In this document: positions 1-8,966 of the stretch, in pieces
How the letters are laid out: every line of letters starts with the position of its first letter
How positions within the stretch are numbered: the stretch's first letter is position 1
NCBI GenBank assembly: GCA_964563935.1
Contig: CAZLZE010000005.1
Coordinates: 3,961 to 67,960 of the forward strand
Direction: 5' to 3'
Source of the DNA: an uncultured Phycisphaerae bacterium
Lineage (GTDB): Bacteria; Planctomycetota; Phycisphaerae; JAAYCJ01
Length of the DNA stretch: 64,000 nt
Notes under the pieces: generated by a model
The model's input: only the letters and a program-made list of their open reading frames with translations
Databases searched by the model: none
What the model was told of the DNA's origin: nothing
Translations under genes and position numbers: made by a program

Positions 1-510
1 CTTTTCGTAGTCCTTCGTCAGGTTCTGGACCTGCTCTTTGCCCTTTTCTGCGTCGTCTTCCGGCAACAGGCCGTCTTTCTCTTCGAGGTCGATAGCCTTA
101 TTACCGTCACGGCGGGCGTTTCGAATCACGAGCTTGGCCTGTTCCCCGAATTGCTTGACCTGCTGCGAGAGGTGCTTTCGGCGTTCGCCCGCGAGCGGCG
201 GAATGACCAGCCGGATGATTCGGCCGTCGGATTGCGGCGTGATTCCCAGTTCCGAAGCCTGGATGGCCCGGTCGATTTCCTTGATGCTCGTCGGATCGAA
301 GGGTTTGATCACGATGAGGTTCGCCTCGGGCGTCGACAACTGCGCCAACTGGCGGATGTCCGTCATCGCCCCGAAGTAGTTCACCTTGATATGTTCCACC
401 AGGGCTGTGCTCGCCCGCCCCGTGCGCAGGCCCCGAAGTTCGTTCTTCAGAAAATCCACGGCGTTCGACATAGTCTCTTCCGCGGTAAAGAGAATTTCAT
501 CCAATGGCAT
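1..510 (-). CDS. frr: Ribosome recycling factor; N-terminal part only, 3' end runs off the window start
   Basis: Minus-strand translation from ATG at 510 reads MPLDEILFTAEETMSNAVDFLKNELRGLRTGRAS...IRNARRDGNK, the canonical RRF sequence. It is the last gene of the rpsB-tsf-pyrH-frr operon. The overlapping plus-strand ORFs 38..379 and 151..786 are shadow ORFs. Confidence 0.9.
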   Translation of the reverse strand, partial: MPLDEILFTAEETMSNAVDFLKNELRGLRTGRASTALVEHIKVNYFGAMTDIRQLAQLSTPEANLIVIKPFDPTSIKEIDRAIQASELGITPQSDGRIIRLVIPPLAGERRKHLSQQVKQFGEQAKLVIRNARRDGNKAIDLEEKDGLLPEDDAEKGKEQVQNLTKDYEK

Positions 511-525
511 GACGGCACCTCCACT

Positions 526-1278
526 CTATTCTTTGATTACACTGCTGTCGACTTTCCCCGCGATCACCCGCTCCAGGTGATGCAGGTCGGCGAAGTTGAA
601 CACCACAATCGGCATCTTCGTTTCCTGGCAGATTCGCACCGCCGTCAGATCGATGACACCCAGGCGTTTGTCAATCACTTCGTCATAACTGATTGTATCA
701 TACTTTTTGGCATGGGGATTTTTTTTCGGGTCCTCGGAATACACGCCGGACACTTTGGTCGCTTTGAAGACGGCATCGGCGCCTAATTCGGCCGCCCGAA
801 TGGCGGCACAGGTATCGGTGGTAACATACGGACTTCCCGTTCCGCCAGCCAGAACGAGAATATTCCCCGCCGACAGGTAGTTCCGCCCGCCTTGCACGTT
901 ATACGGTTCAACAAAACTGCCCACGGGAAACGCCGACATCAGCTTGACCGCCCTGCCCATGGCAGCCAGCGTCTCGGATAAGGCCAACCCATTGATCACC
1001 GTGGCCATCATTCCCAGCTGGTGGGCTACGAACGGCCGGATCATCTTGTTTTCCGACAGATTCGCCCCGCGGAGGAGATTGCCTCCGCCAACAACCAGCG
1101 CGATCTCCAGCCCCGTGTCGGCAGCCTTGATCAGCTTTTCCGCCAACGTGGACAGATGCTCCTGGCTAACGCCTTTGGACCCGACGCCGCTGAGGCTCTC
1201 GCCGGTCACTTTCAAAACGATGCGACGATATTTACCGGTCGAACCGCCGGATTCCTGCACCAATCCCTTATCCTTCAT
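526..1278 (-). CDS. pyrH: UMP kinase
   Basis: Protein has RIVLKVTGESLSG...VVGGGNLLRG...NILVLAGGTGSPYVTTDTCAAIRAAELGADAVFKATKVSGVYSEDP, matching the UMP kinase family. Start set at the internal ATG (MKDKG, 1278); the ORF's first ATG is at 1317. Operon position after tsf. Confidence 0.9.
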   Translation of the reverse strand: MKDKGLVQESGGSTGKYRRIVLKVTGESLSGVGSKGVSQEHLSTLAEKLIKAADTGLEIALVVGGGNLLRGANLSENKMIRPFVAHQLGMMATVINGLALSETLAAMGRAVKLMSAFPVGSFVEPYNVQGGRNYLSAGNILVLAGGTGSPYVTTDTCAAIRAAELGADAVFKATKVSGVYSEDPKKNPHAKKYDTISYDEVIDKRLGVIDLTAVRICQETKMPIVVFNFADLHHLERVIAGKVDSSVIKE

Positions 1279-1391
1279 ACATCTTCCCTGAATTGATAAT
1301 GTATGGGCGACCCCCATTACAGGGTCGCCCTGATTTGCTAACGTGTTCGTATTTTACTCTCGCCGGTCGGAGGGATCAATTACTTTCCCGC

Positions 1392-2291
1392 TTACCCACA
1401 GGTCTTTCCGCCGCCGCCAACTTCGAACCGCAGGTACTTGCGGACCGTGATCGGTTTTCCGACGGCCTTGGAAGTCTCGTCGATAACCTGCTTGACCGTT
1501 TTCTTGTCGTCCTTCACGAACGGCTGCTCGAGCAACACCCGCTCGTTGTACCACTTGTTCACTTTGCCGATCATCATCTTCTCGATGATGCTTTCCGGCT
1601 TGCCCTTGGCCTGTTCCTGCACCTGGGCTTTGATAATCTCTTTTTCCTTCTCAACGACATCCGCGGGCATCTGATCGCGATCAACCGCCATTGGGTTCGC
1701 CGCGGTGATGTGCATGCACAAGTCCTTCGCCAGCTGCGTCACCTGCTCATTGTTCGTCACCGACGGATCGACATCCATCTGAACCAACACCGCCACCTGG
1801 CCGTTGTGGTGCTCGTAGCTGCGGATAAATCCACCCGCAATCTTCTCGTACTGCGTCACCTGCATGTTCTCGCGGATCTTGTTGATCACGTCGTTCATGA
1901 CATCCTGAACGGTCTGGGACGGATTGTACGACAACTTCTGGGCGACGAGCTCTTCGGGTGTCGCGGGCATCTTGTCCAGCCCGGCCACGTGCTTCGCGAT
2001 CTGCTTGCACATATCGACGAAGAATTCGTTATTGGCAACTGGGGCCGTCTCGCAGCGGACCTGAACAATCGCGCCGCAGCAACCGCAGTCGCTCACATAG
2101 GTCGCCACGCGACCCTCAGCCGTCTCGCGACCCATCTTGCTCGCGGCCGCCAGGGCGCCGGACTTGCGGAGAATCTCTTCCGCCTTCGCCAAGTCGCCGT
2201 CCGCCTGCGCCAAGGCCTTCTTGCAGTCCATCATCGGAAGCTGTGTCCGCTCCCGCAGTTCTTTTACCAATCCTGCACTAATCTCAGCCAT
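1392..2291 (-). CDS. tsf: Translation elongation factor Ts
   Basis: N-terminal UBA-like [42 protein letters not shown] motif and EF-Ts dimerisation core. Located downstream of rpsB. Confidence 0.93.
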   Translation of the reverse strand: [299 protein letters not shown]

Positions 2292-2350
2292 TGCGTTATA
2301 CGCTCCTTATTTACCTTGAAATCTGATTCAAAAACAAACATTGACCGCCG

Positions 2351-3238
2351 TTATTGTCCCGCGGGGGCAACACTGTCACCGGCAGGGGAAGCAGGAGTCT
2401 GCTCCGCCTGAGGCTGGGAAGCCTCTTCGGGACGCGGCTCTGGGGCCGGAGCCGGTCGGTGTTGCTGCGGCGGACGGCGTCGCGGACGGCGCTGACGACC
2501 TTCCTCGCCACCCTGATACTCCATCGGCTGTTCCGTCACGGGCAACTCTTCCGGACGAGAAGCCATGCCTTCGATCACGGCATCCGCCAGTTCGCGCATC
2601 ACAATGTCGATCGCGCGCATGGAGTCGTCATTGCCGGGAATCGGAATGTCCGCGTTATCCGGATCGCCTTCGGTATCAATCAAACAAACGGTGGGAATAT
2701 CGAGCTTTCGGGCTTCTTTGACTGCGATGTGTTCAAACCCCGGATCGATCAGAACCATGACCGCGGGCATCTTGTCCATCTTCCGGATACCTTCGAGGTT
2801 CCGTTTCATTTTCTTCCGCTCACGGGACAGTGTCGAGATCATCTTCTTGCTGTAATTGCCCAGTTCACCTGTTTCTTCCAGTCGTTCCAGTTCTTCCAGC
2901 CGGGCCAGCCGGGAACGGATCGTACGAAAGTTGGTCAGCGTACCACCAAGCCAACGTTCCGTCACGTAGTGCATATTGCAACGTTTGGCTTGTGTCTCCA
3001 CGGCGTTTCGCGCCTGGCGCTTGGTACCCACGAAGAGAATGTCTCCGCCTTCGGACACCATCTTGGCCAGGAATTTCTTCGACCGTAGAATCCCCTTGAG
3101 GGTCTCCTTGATGTCGATAATATGGATCATGTTCCGTTTTCCGAAGATATAAGGTTTCATCTTCGGATTCCATCTGCTTACCCGGTGACCAAAATGAATA
3201 CCGGAATCAAGAAGCTCTTTGACTAATTCAGAAGCCAA
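2351..3238 (-). CDS. rpsB: 30S ribosomal protein S2 with Pro/Arg/Glu/Gln-rich C-terminal extension
   Basis: N-terminus MASELVKELLDSGIHFGHRVSRWNPKMKPYIFGKRNMIHIIDIKETL and the VVLIDP core are classic S2. The final ~60 aa (RRPRRRPPQQHRPAPAPEPRPEEASQPQAEQ...) are low-complexity. Confidence 0.93.
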   Translation of the reverse strand: MASELVKELLDSGIHFGHRVSRWNPKMKPYIFGKRNMIHIIDIKETLKGILRSKKFLAKMVSEGGDILFVGTKRQARNAVETQAKRCNMHYVTERWLGGTLTNFRTIRSRLARLEELERLEETGELGNYSKKMISTLSRERKKMKRNLEGIRKMDKMPAVMVLIDPGFEHIAVKEARKLDIPTVCLIDTEGDPDNADIPIPGNDDSMRAIDIVMRELADAVIEGMASRPEELPVTEQPMEYQGGEEGRQRRPRRRPPQQHRPAPAPEPRPEEASQPQAEQTPASPAGDSVAPAGQ

Positions 3239-3494
3239 TCGTCGTCTCCTTATTAAATTGTGAACCGTTCCACAAACTACCCAGGCAATATTCCAGCATA
3301 CTGCCTATACGATTTTAAAAATTACTATAAACAGGTGAATTTATTAGGTTACCTCTTATAAGTCACGCAGTCAAGGGCTATTTAACGAAATTTTCTTTTC
3401 TTCTCAACGGTCAATTCTACCCCCATCTCGCCCTAAAGTCACCCCATCTGCGGAAATTCCGGACACATTCCCAATACCGAATACTCATTCACGT

Positions 3495-3522
3495 TTGAAA
3501 CCCATGGCCTCCCGTGTATAAT
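3495..3522 (+). promoter_or_regulatory. Near-consensus sigma70-type promoter (TTGAAA, 16-nt spacer, TATAAT) upstream of rsmD
   Basis: Read directly: ttgaaa cccatggcctcccgtg tataat, about 45 nt before the rsmD ATG. Lies in the AT-rich 328-nt divergent region between rpsB and rsmD. Confidence 0.5.
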
Positions 3523-3566
3523 TACCTCGGAAACAAGAATAAACTCATTCGAGCGATGGATTTCAT

Positions 3567-4169
3567 ATGCGTATTATTTCAGGCCAATGTCGGGGAATGA
3601 AGCTGTCGGTACCCAAGGGCAAAATCACCCGTCCCATCCCGGACGGGGTACGCCAGGCCCTTTTTTCATCCCTGGGCAGCGAATACGGCACGGCCGGAGA
3701 ACTGCCCCCTCTGAACATAGTCGATATGTTCGCCGGGACCGGGTCGTTCGGCCTGGAGTGCCTTTCCCGCGGAGCCAAGCTCTGCTGCTTCGTTGAAAAG
3801 AACCACCCAGTCTTGTCGATCCTTCGCCAGAACATCGCCAATCTGGGCATGCAGGGTCGATGCTGGATCGTTTCGGGCAACGCGTTTGACTGCGATCTTC
3901 CCCCGGCACCCGAGAATAAGGGGTGGGACCTTGTCTACCTCGACCCGCCCTACCCCACGGTCGAGATCAACCTGGAACAGCAGTCCGTGCCCAGTCTGTT
4001 GATTGGCTTGTCGGACACGAACCTCCTGACGTCCGACGCACTGGTCATCCTGCGTCACCCGACGACGATTGACTACGAGCGCCGTCTCGGCCGGCTTACT
4101 CCGTTCCGCACCAAGACGTATGGTACGATGCGGTTTACCTGGTTCCGGTACGATCAGCAGATTTCGTGA
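3567..4169 (+). CDS. rsmD: 16S rRNA (guanine966-N2)-methyltransferase
   Basis: Motifs DMFAGTGSFGLE and DLVYLDPPY (N6-adenine/N2-guanine MTase signature), about 200 aa. Confidence 0.85.
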   Translation: MRIISGQCRGMKLSVPKGKITRPIPDGVRQALFSSLGSEYGTAGELPPLNIVDMFAGTGSFGLECLSRGAKLCCFVEKNHPVLSILRQNIANLGMQGRCWIVSGNAFDCDLPPAPENKGWDLVYLDPPYPTVEINLEQQSVPSLLIGLSDTNLLTSDALVILRHPTTIDYERRLGRLTPFRTKTYGTMRFTWFRYDQQIS

Positions 4170-4342
4170 TTTTTTCGAACCCGACGTCGCAGCCCGCGTC
4201 GGACGGTTCAACCTTGTCGCCCTAGCACCTTGCGAGAACAACCCTCGATTCTTGTTGATTGCCGAATCTGCGGTAAAATAAGTACCAGGGATCCAACCAC
4301 AACTTCGGGCGAATGCCCGTCATTTTATGGAGGAGGAGAGAA

Positions 4343-4939
4343 ATGAGACCGTATCTGAAAATACTCTGCACGTTGTCGATGTGTCTGATCCTGGTCGCCG
4401 GCTGCGCTGCGCCGCCCGCTCCGACCGAGCCGCCGTTCACACCCAACGAAGGCGCCCAGGCAACGCTCGTTAATGTTCCGGTGTCTACCCCGAATGGGGA
4501 GGTAGTCATCACCTTCGACGAAAATGCCATGCCCATCGCTATCACCATTCAGAATCCCACACCGGAGATTCAAACCTTGAGGCTCGAGGAGGGACAGGCG
4601 ATTATTACCCTCGTGCTTCCACCGGAGGCTCCGGTCGGCGCAGGCCAGACCGTTACGGTTACTCTAGTCCCGGTCAGCACGACACTCAATCCGGACGGGA
4701 CAATCTTTCTCGTTTTCCAGGGAACCGTAGCGGAATTCCCGCAGATCGCAGCCATCAATCTGGTCATCTCCGGTACCGCAGATACAAGTACCACGCCTCC
4801 CACTCTGACGGGCAGTCCGACGGTAACGGCGACGGCGACAGTCAATACGATCTTCGGCCCGCTGCTGATTCCCATTTTCTCAGTCCCGCTCGAGTTGTCG
4901 CCAACTCCAACGCCAACTCCAACGTCCACGCTGCTGTAG
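4343..4939 (+). CDS. Lipoprotein, hypothetical, Thr/Pro-rich
   Basis: GGAGGAGGAG ribosome-binding site directly before ATG 4343. Signal peptide with lipobox LVAGC. C-terminus TPTPTPT with T/P/V-rich low complexity. No recognised domain. Confidence 0.7.
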   Translation: MRPYLKILCTLSMCLILVAGCAAPPAPTEPPFTPNEGAQATLVNVPVSTPNGEVVITFDENAMPIAITIQNPTPEIQTLRLEEGQAIITLVLPPEAPVGAGQTVTVTLVPVSTTLNPDGTIFLVFQGTVAEFPQIAAINLVISGTADTSTTPPTLTGSPTVTATATVNTIFGPLLIPIFSVPLELSPTPTPTPTSTLL

Positions 4940-5113
4940 TCCGGGCACATCATGAACAATGATGAGGGAAGCTGGGCAGCAATAGATCTCGCGTCGCTGC
5001 CCCGCTTCCGTATTGCCTCAGGCGAAATTTCTCATTCAACTGAATGCCATCGGAGTTTATAATGGCATCCAAGTGTCGAATGGTGGGCAGGCAACATATA
5101 GTGATTCGAGACA

Positions 5114-6184
5114 ATGCGGATGACCAAGAATATTTCTTACCAGGACGCGGGCGTGGACATCGATGCAGCCGATCGGTGGACAGAAATGATCAAAGGCATG
5201 ACGCGGAAGACCTACGGACCGCGTGTGTTGTCCGGAGTGGGCGGATTTGCCGGACTCTTCAGACTTGACTACAACGAAAATTTGTTCAAACACAATTATC
5301 GCCAGCCCGTCCTGGTGGCCTGCACCGACGGGGTCGGCACCAAGATCCTTATCGCCCGGGACGCGGGCAAATTCGACACGGTGGGAATCGATCTGGTGGC
5401 CATGAACGTCAACGACATGGTCGTCACAGGCGCTGAGCCGCTGATCTTCCTGGATTACCTGGCGGTTGGAAAGCTGGACCCGGACAAATCGGTCGAACTG
5501 CTCAAGGGGATCACCGAAGGGTGCAACCAGGCCGACTGCGCCCTGATCGGAGGCGAGACAGCCGAGATGCCCGATCTCTATGCCAAACAGGATTTCGACC
5601 TCGCGGGTTTTGCCGTGGGCGTGGTGGAACTTAAGCGGGTCATCGACGGACGGAACATCGAACCGGGCGACACTATTCTCGGAATCGCCAGTTCCGGCCT
5701 CCACAGCAACGGTTACACATTAGCCCGACGGGTCATGTTCGACGTTCTCAAGCACAAGCTGACCGACGAGATCCCGGGCTTCGGATGCACTGTTGCGGAA
5801 GAATTACTCCGCCCGACGCGAATCTACGTCAAGCCGATTCTGCGAATCTTGCGCCGCTATCGCAAGAAGCAGCCGATCCGCGGCATGGCTCACATCACCG
5901 GCGGCGGTCTGGTGGGCAACATCCCCCGGATTCTGCCGCCCGAGTGCCGGGCTGTCATTCACACCGACGCCTGGCCGATCCCCAAAATCTTCACTTACCT
6001 GGAAACCAGGGGTCCGATCGACCGAGCCGAAATGTTCCGCGTGTTCAATATGGGCATCGGAATGGTGCTGATCGTCCGCCCGACGTTCGCCAACGCTATC
6101 ATGCAACGCCTGCACCGATACGGCGAAACCGTCTACAAGATCGGGCGAATCAAGGCAGGCAAGGCCGAGGTGGAGTTGCGATAG
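5114..6184 (+). CDS. purM: Phosphoribosylformylglycinamidine cyclo-ligase (AIR synthetase)
   Basis: SYQDAGVDIDAADR...VACTDGVGTKILIA...DLVAMNVNDMVVTGAEPLIFLDYLAVGKL match PurM. An alternative ATG lies 6 nt downstream. Confidence 0.93.
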   Translation: MRMTKNISYQDAGVDIDAADRWTEMIKGMTRKTYGPRVLSGVGGFAGLFRLDYNENLFKHNYRQPVLVACTDGVGTKILIARDAGKFDTVGIDLVAMNVNDMVVTGAEPLIFLDYLAVGKLDPDKSVELLKGITEGCNQADCALIGGETAEMPDLYAKQDFDLAGFAVGVVELKRVIDGRNIEPGDTILGIASSGLHSNGYTLARRVMFDVLKHKLTDEIPGFGCTVAEELLRPTRIYVKPILRILRRYRKKQPIRGMAHITGGGLVGNIPRILPPECRAVIHTDAWPIPKIFTYLETRGPIDRAEMFRVFNMGIGMVLIVRPTFANAIMQRLHRYGETVYKIGRIKAGKAEVELR

Positions 6185-6400
6185 ATGGCCTCGTGACGAC
6201 GAATATTTGACGTTCAAGGCACAGGGCGTGGTGGAAACAATCCGAGTGAAGCCCAAAAACATCTTTTCCTCGGCATCCGGTATCGTATAATGCCAACTAT
6301 GGTTGTCGGAAGCAGAGCGATAAGCAGCACCCTTCAACGAAATTGGATGAGTTGCGGACATATCCGTGTTTGAACCAACTTTTGGTATGGAGAACCGGCG

Positions 6401-7804
6401 ATGGGCGGATTTTTTGGCGTGGCGTCACAAGTGGATTGCGTATCGGATCTTTTCTACGGAACCGACTATCATTCCCACCTGGGAACCCGGCGAGGCGGAC
6501 TGGCCGTGCGCAATGGGAAGCAGTTCACCCGATTCATCCACGATATTACCAACGCGCAGTTCCGATCCAAGTTCGAGCATGACATCCACAAGATGAGCGG
6601 TAATCGCGGGATCGGCGTAATCAGCGACTACGAAGATCAGCCGTTGATCGTGGGCAGCCACCTGGGCGTCTACGCTATTGTCACAGTGGGCGTTATTCGC
6701 AACGCAAAGGAACTCGCCAAGAAGGCAATGGACAAAGGAGCGCATTTCTCGGAGATGAGCGGCGATGAGATCAATCCCACGGAGCTTGTGGCCACACTCA
6801 TCAACGACGCTTCGACTTTCGCAGAAGGACTGACCAATGTCCAGGAATCGATCGAGGGATCGTGCTCAATCCTTCTGCTGACGGCTGACGGGATTTTCGC
6901 CTCGCGGGACAAGTATGGCCGAACCCCCATCACCATCGGAAAAAAGGAAGGCGCATACGCCGTCACACTCGAGACCTGCGCGTTCCCCAACCTTGGCTAT
7001 GAGGTCGATACTTGCCTTGGGCCCGGCGAAATCGTCCGTGTTACAGAGGATGGATTTGAGCGAAAGAAAGCTCCCGGCGACAAAATGCAAATATGTTCCT
7101 TCTTGTGGGTCTACTATGGCTATCCCGCGTCCAGCTACGAGGGAATCAACGTCGAAGCGTCCCGATACCGATGTGGTAAGGAACTCGCCCAAGAAGACGA
7201 TACCGAAGTTGACGGAGTGGCGGGTATTCCGGATTCCGGAACCGGTCACGCCATCGGTTACGCCAACGCCAAGTGTATCCCATTGATCCGTCCCTTCGTA
7301 AAGTACACACCGACGTGGCCCCGGAGTTTCATGCCTCAGGATCAGTCCGTTCGGGACCTTGTGGCCGGGATGAAGCTCATTCCCATTCGGGAGTTGATCC
7401 AGGGCAAAAGGCTGCTCTTCTGCGAGGATTCCATTGTTCGGGGAACCCAGCTTCGAGACACCATACGCCGCCTGTATGACTACGGGGCGAAGGAAGTGCA
7501 CATGCGACCCGCCTGTCCGCCCTTGGTCTTTGGGTGCAAGTTCCTCAATTTCTCACGATCCCGATCGGAGATGGATCTGGCCGCCCGACGCGCGGTCCGC
7601 GAGTTAGGTTGCCAGGACGGTCCGTGCTTGTTTGACTTTACCGGCTGCTGCAAAGACAAATACGAGGCGATGGTGGAGCGAATTCGCCAGCAGTTGGGCC
7701 TCACATCTCTGAAGTACCAGAGTCTGACGAACCTCATCAAGGCAATCGGTCTGCCCAAGGAAAAGCTCTGCACCTACTGCTGGGACGGCGCCGATCTGCG
7801 TTAG
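6401..7804 (+). CDS. purF: Amidophosphoribosyltransferase homolog lacking the N-terminal nucleophile Cys (MGGFFGV instead of MCGIVG)
   Basis: PRTase PRPP loop LLFCEDSIVRGTQLRD. C-terminal Cys cluster (CPPLVFGC...CQDGPC...CC...CTYC) resembles the [4Fe-4S]-type PurF. An in-frame stop lies 10 codons upstream of the ATG, so no alternative Cys start exists. Confidence 0.75.
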   Translation: MGGFFGVASQVDCVSDLFYGTDYHSHLGTRRGGLAVRNGKQFTRFIHDITNAQFRSKFEHDIHKMSGNRGIGVISDYEDQPLIVGSHLGVYAIVTVGVIRNAKELAKKAMDKGAHFSEMSGDEINPTELVATLINDASTFAEGLTNVQESIEGSCSILLLTADGIFASRDKYGRTPITIGKKEGAYAVTLETCAFPNLGYEVDTCLGPGEIVRVTEDGFERKKAPGDKMQICSFLWVYYGYPASSYEGINVEASRYRCGKELAQEDDTEVDGVAGIPDSGTGHAIGYANAKCIPLIRPFVKYTPTWPRSFMPQDQSVRDLVAGMKLIPIRELIQGKRLLFCEDSIVRGTQLRDTIRRLYDYGAKEVHMRPACPPLVFGCKFLNFSRSRSEMDLAARRAVRELGCQDGPCLFDFTGCCKDKYEAMVERIRQQLGLTSLKYQSLTNLIKAIGLPKEKLCTYCWDGADLR

Positions 7805-7815
7805 CAGGGATACCG

Positions 7816-8781
7816 CTACCTCGGTTCTCTCATGCTCGCGATGACGTCATCGATGATGTCGCTCAGGCTGTGCCGGGGGCGATAGCCGATGATGGAGTTG
7901 ATCTTCTCCAGAGAAGGCACGCGGCGGCGCATGTCGTCAAAGAATTTACCGTAAGCCTCCTCGTAGCTGAGGAATACCTTCTTCGACTTTGACCCGGTGC
8001 GTTCGATAATCAGGTCCGCCAGACCCTCGATACTGATTTCCTCATTGTTGCCGATATTGAACACCTGCCCGAAAGCCTTGGGTTCCTGCATGAGGCGAAT
8101 GACCGCGTCGGTCACGTCGTTTACATGCGCGAAGCACCGTGCCTGCTTACCATCGCCGTAGATCTCGATCGGTTCGTTGGCCAGGGCGCGTTCGATGAAC
8201 CGGGGAACGACCATGCCGTATTGTCCGGTCTGGCGCGGGCCGACTGTATTGAAGAACCTCGCGATCACGACGGGAAGTCCGAACTGGTGATTGTAGGCGA
8301 GTCCGAGGAACTCGTCGATGGCCTTGGAGCAGGCGTAGGCCCATCGGCTGAACCGCGTGGAACCCAGAACGCTGTCGTCGTCCTCGCAGAACGGCACCTT
8401 TTCACTCTTACCATACACTTCGCTCGTACTGGCAATGAAAAGCGGCTTGCGGAACTTGTTGGCAATATTGAGAACGACTTCAGAACCGTGGATATTGGTC
8501 TCGATGGTATGGACGGGGCGTTGGACGATAAGTTTCACGCCAACCGCGGCAGCCAGGTGGTAAATCAGATCGCACTGGGAGATCAGCAGGTGCATGATCT
8601 GCTCGTTCCGAACGGTATCATGGACAAACTGAAAATTAGGATTAGACATCAAATGATTAACATTTTCCAGTTTCCCAGTCGACAAATCGTCAATCACGAC
8701 CACCTGGTGTTTCTGCTTCAGCAGTTTCTCCGACAGATGCGACCCGATAAACCCTGACCCGCCAGTAATCAGTACCTTCAT
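7816..8781 (-). CDS. NAD-dependent epimerase/dehydratase family protein (UDP-sugar epimerase/decarboxylase-like SDR)
   Basis: ITGGSGFIGSHL Rossmann motif and the YACSK (YxxxK) catalytic motif; 321 aa extended SDR. Confidence 0.8.
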   Translation of the reverse strand: MKVLITGGSGFIGSHLSEKLLKQKHQVVVIDDLSTGKLENVNHLMSNPNFQFVHDTVRNEQIMHLLISQCDLIYHLAAAVGVKLIVQRPVHTIETNIHGSEVVLNIANKFRKPLFIASTSEVYGKSEKVPFCEDDDSVLGSTRFSRWAYACSKAIDEFLGLAYNHQFGLPVVIARFFNTVGPRQTGQYGMVVPRFIERALANEPIEIYGDGKQARCFAHVNDVTDAVIRLMQEPKAFGQVFNIGNNEEISIEGLADLIIERTGSKSKKVFLSYEEAYGKFFDDMRRRVPSLEKINSIIGYRPRHSLSDIIDDVIASMREPR

Positions 8782-8966
8782 CGATTATGACTCCTCAAAA
8801 AGTTCCGCCACATTATAGCAAGTCATTTTACTATTTGCTTATTGGGTTTTTGGAATATATTTTTAGAAACAGTCCTCAAGGGCCGGAGCTTGGGGCACCT
8901 CGGGCGTCAGAAGAAAGAAATGACGCGAACGCGACAAGAATATATAGAACGAGACAGAAAGGCGAT

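Noticed and set aside
151-2411. Long plus-strand ORFs (151..786, 1293..2411) overlapping frr, pyrH and tsf
   Set aside because: They are antisense shadow ORFs of well-conserved minus-strand genes, common in high-GC DNA. They have no homology and no ribosome-binding site.
4343-4939. TPTPTPT and T/P/V-rich region as a simple-sequence repeat or mobile element
   Set aside because: It is the low-complexity C-terminal tail of a lipoprotein ORF with an excellent ribosome-binding site; there are no flanking inverted repeats.
6371-6403. Possibility that purF has an upstream start supplying the missing Cys
   Set aside because: An in-frame TGA lies 10 codons upstream of the ATG, and the intervening codons contain neither a Cys nor an alternative start.
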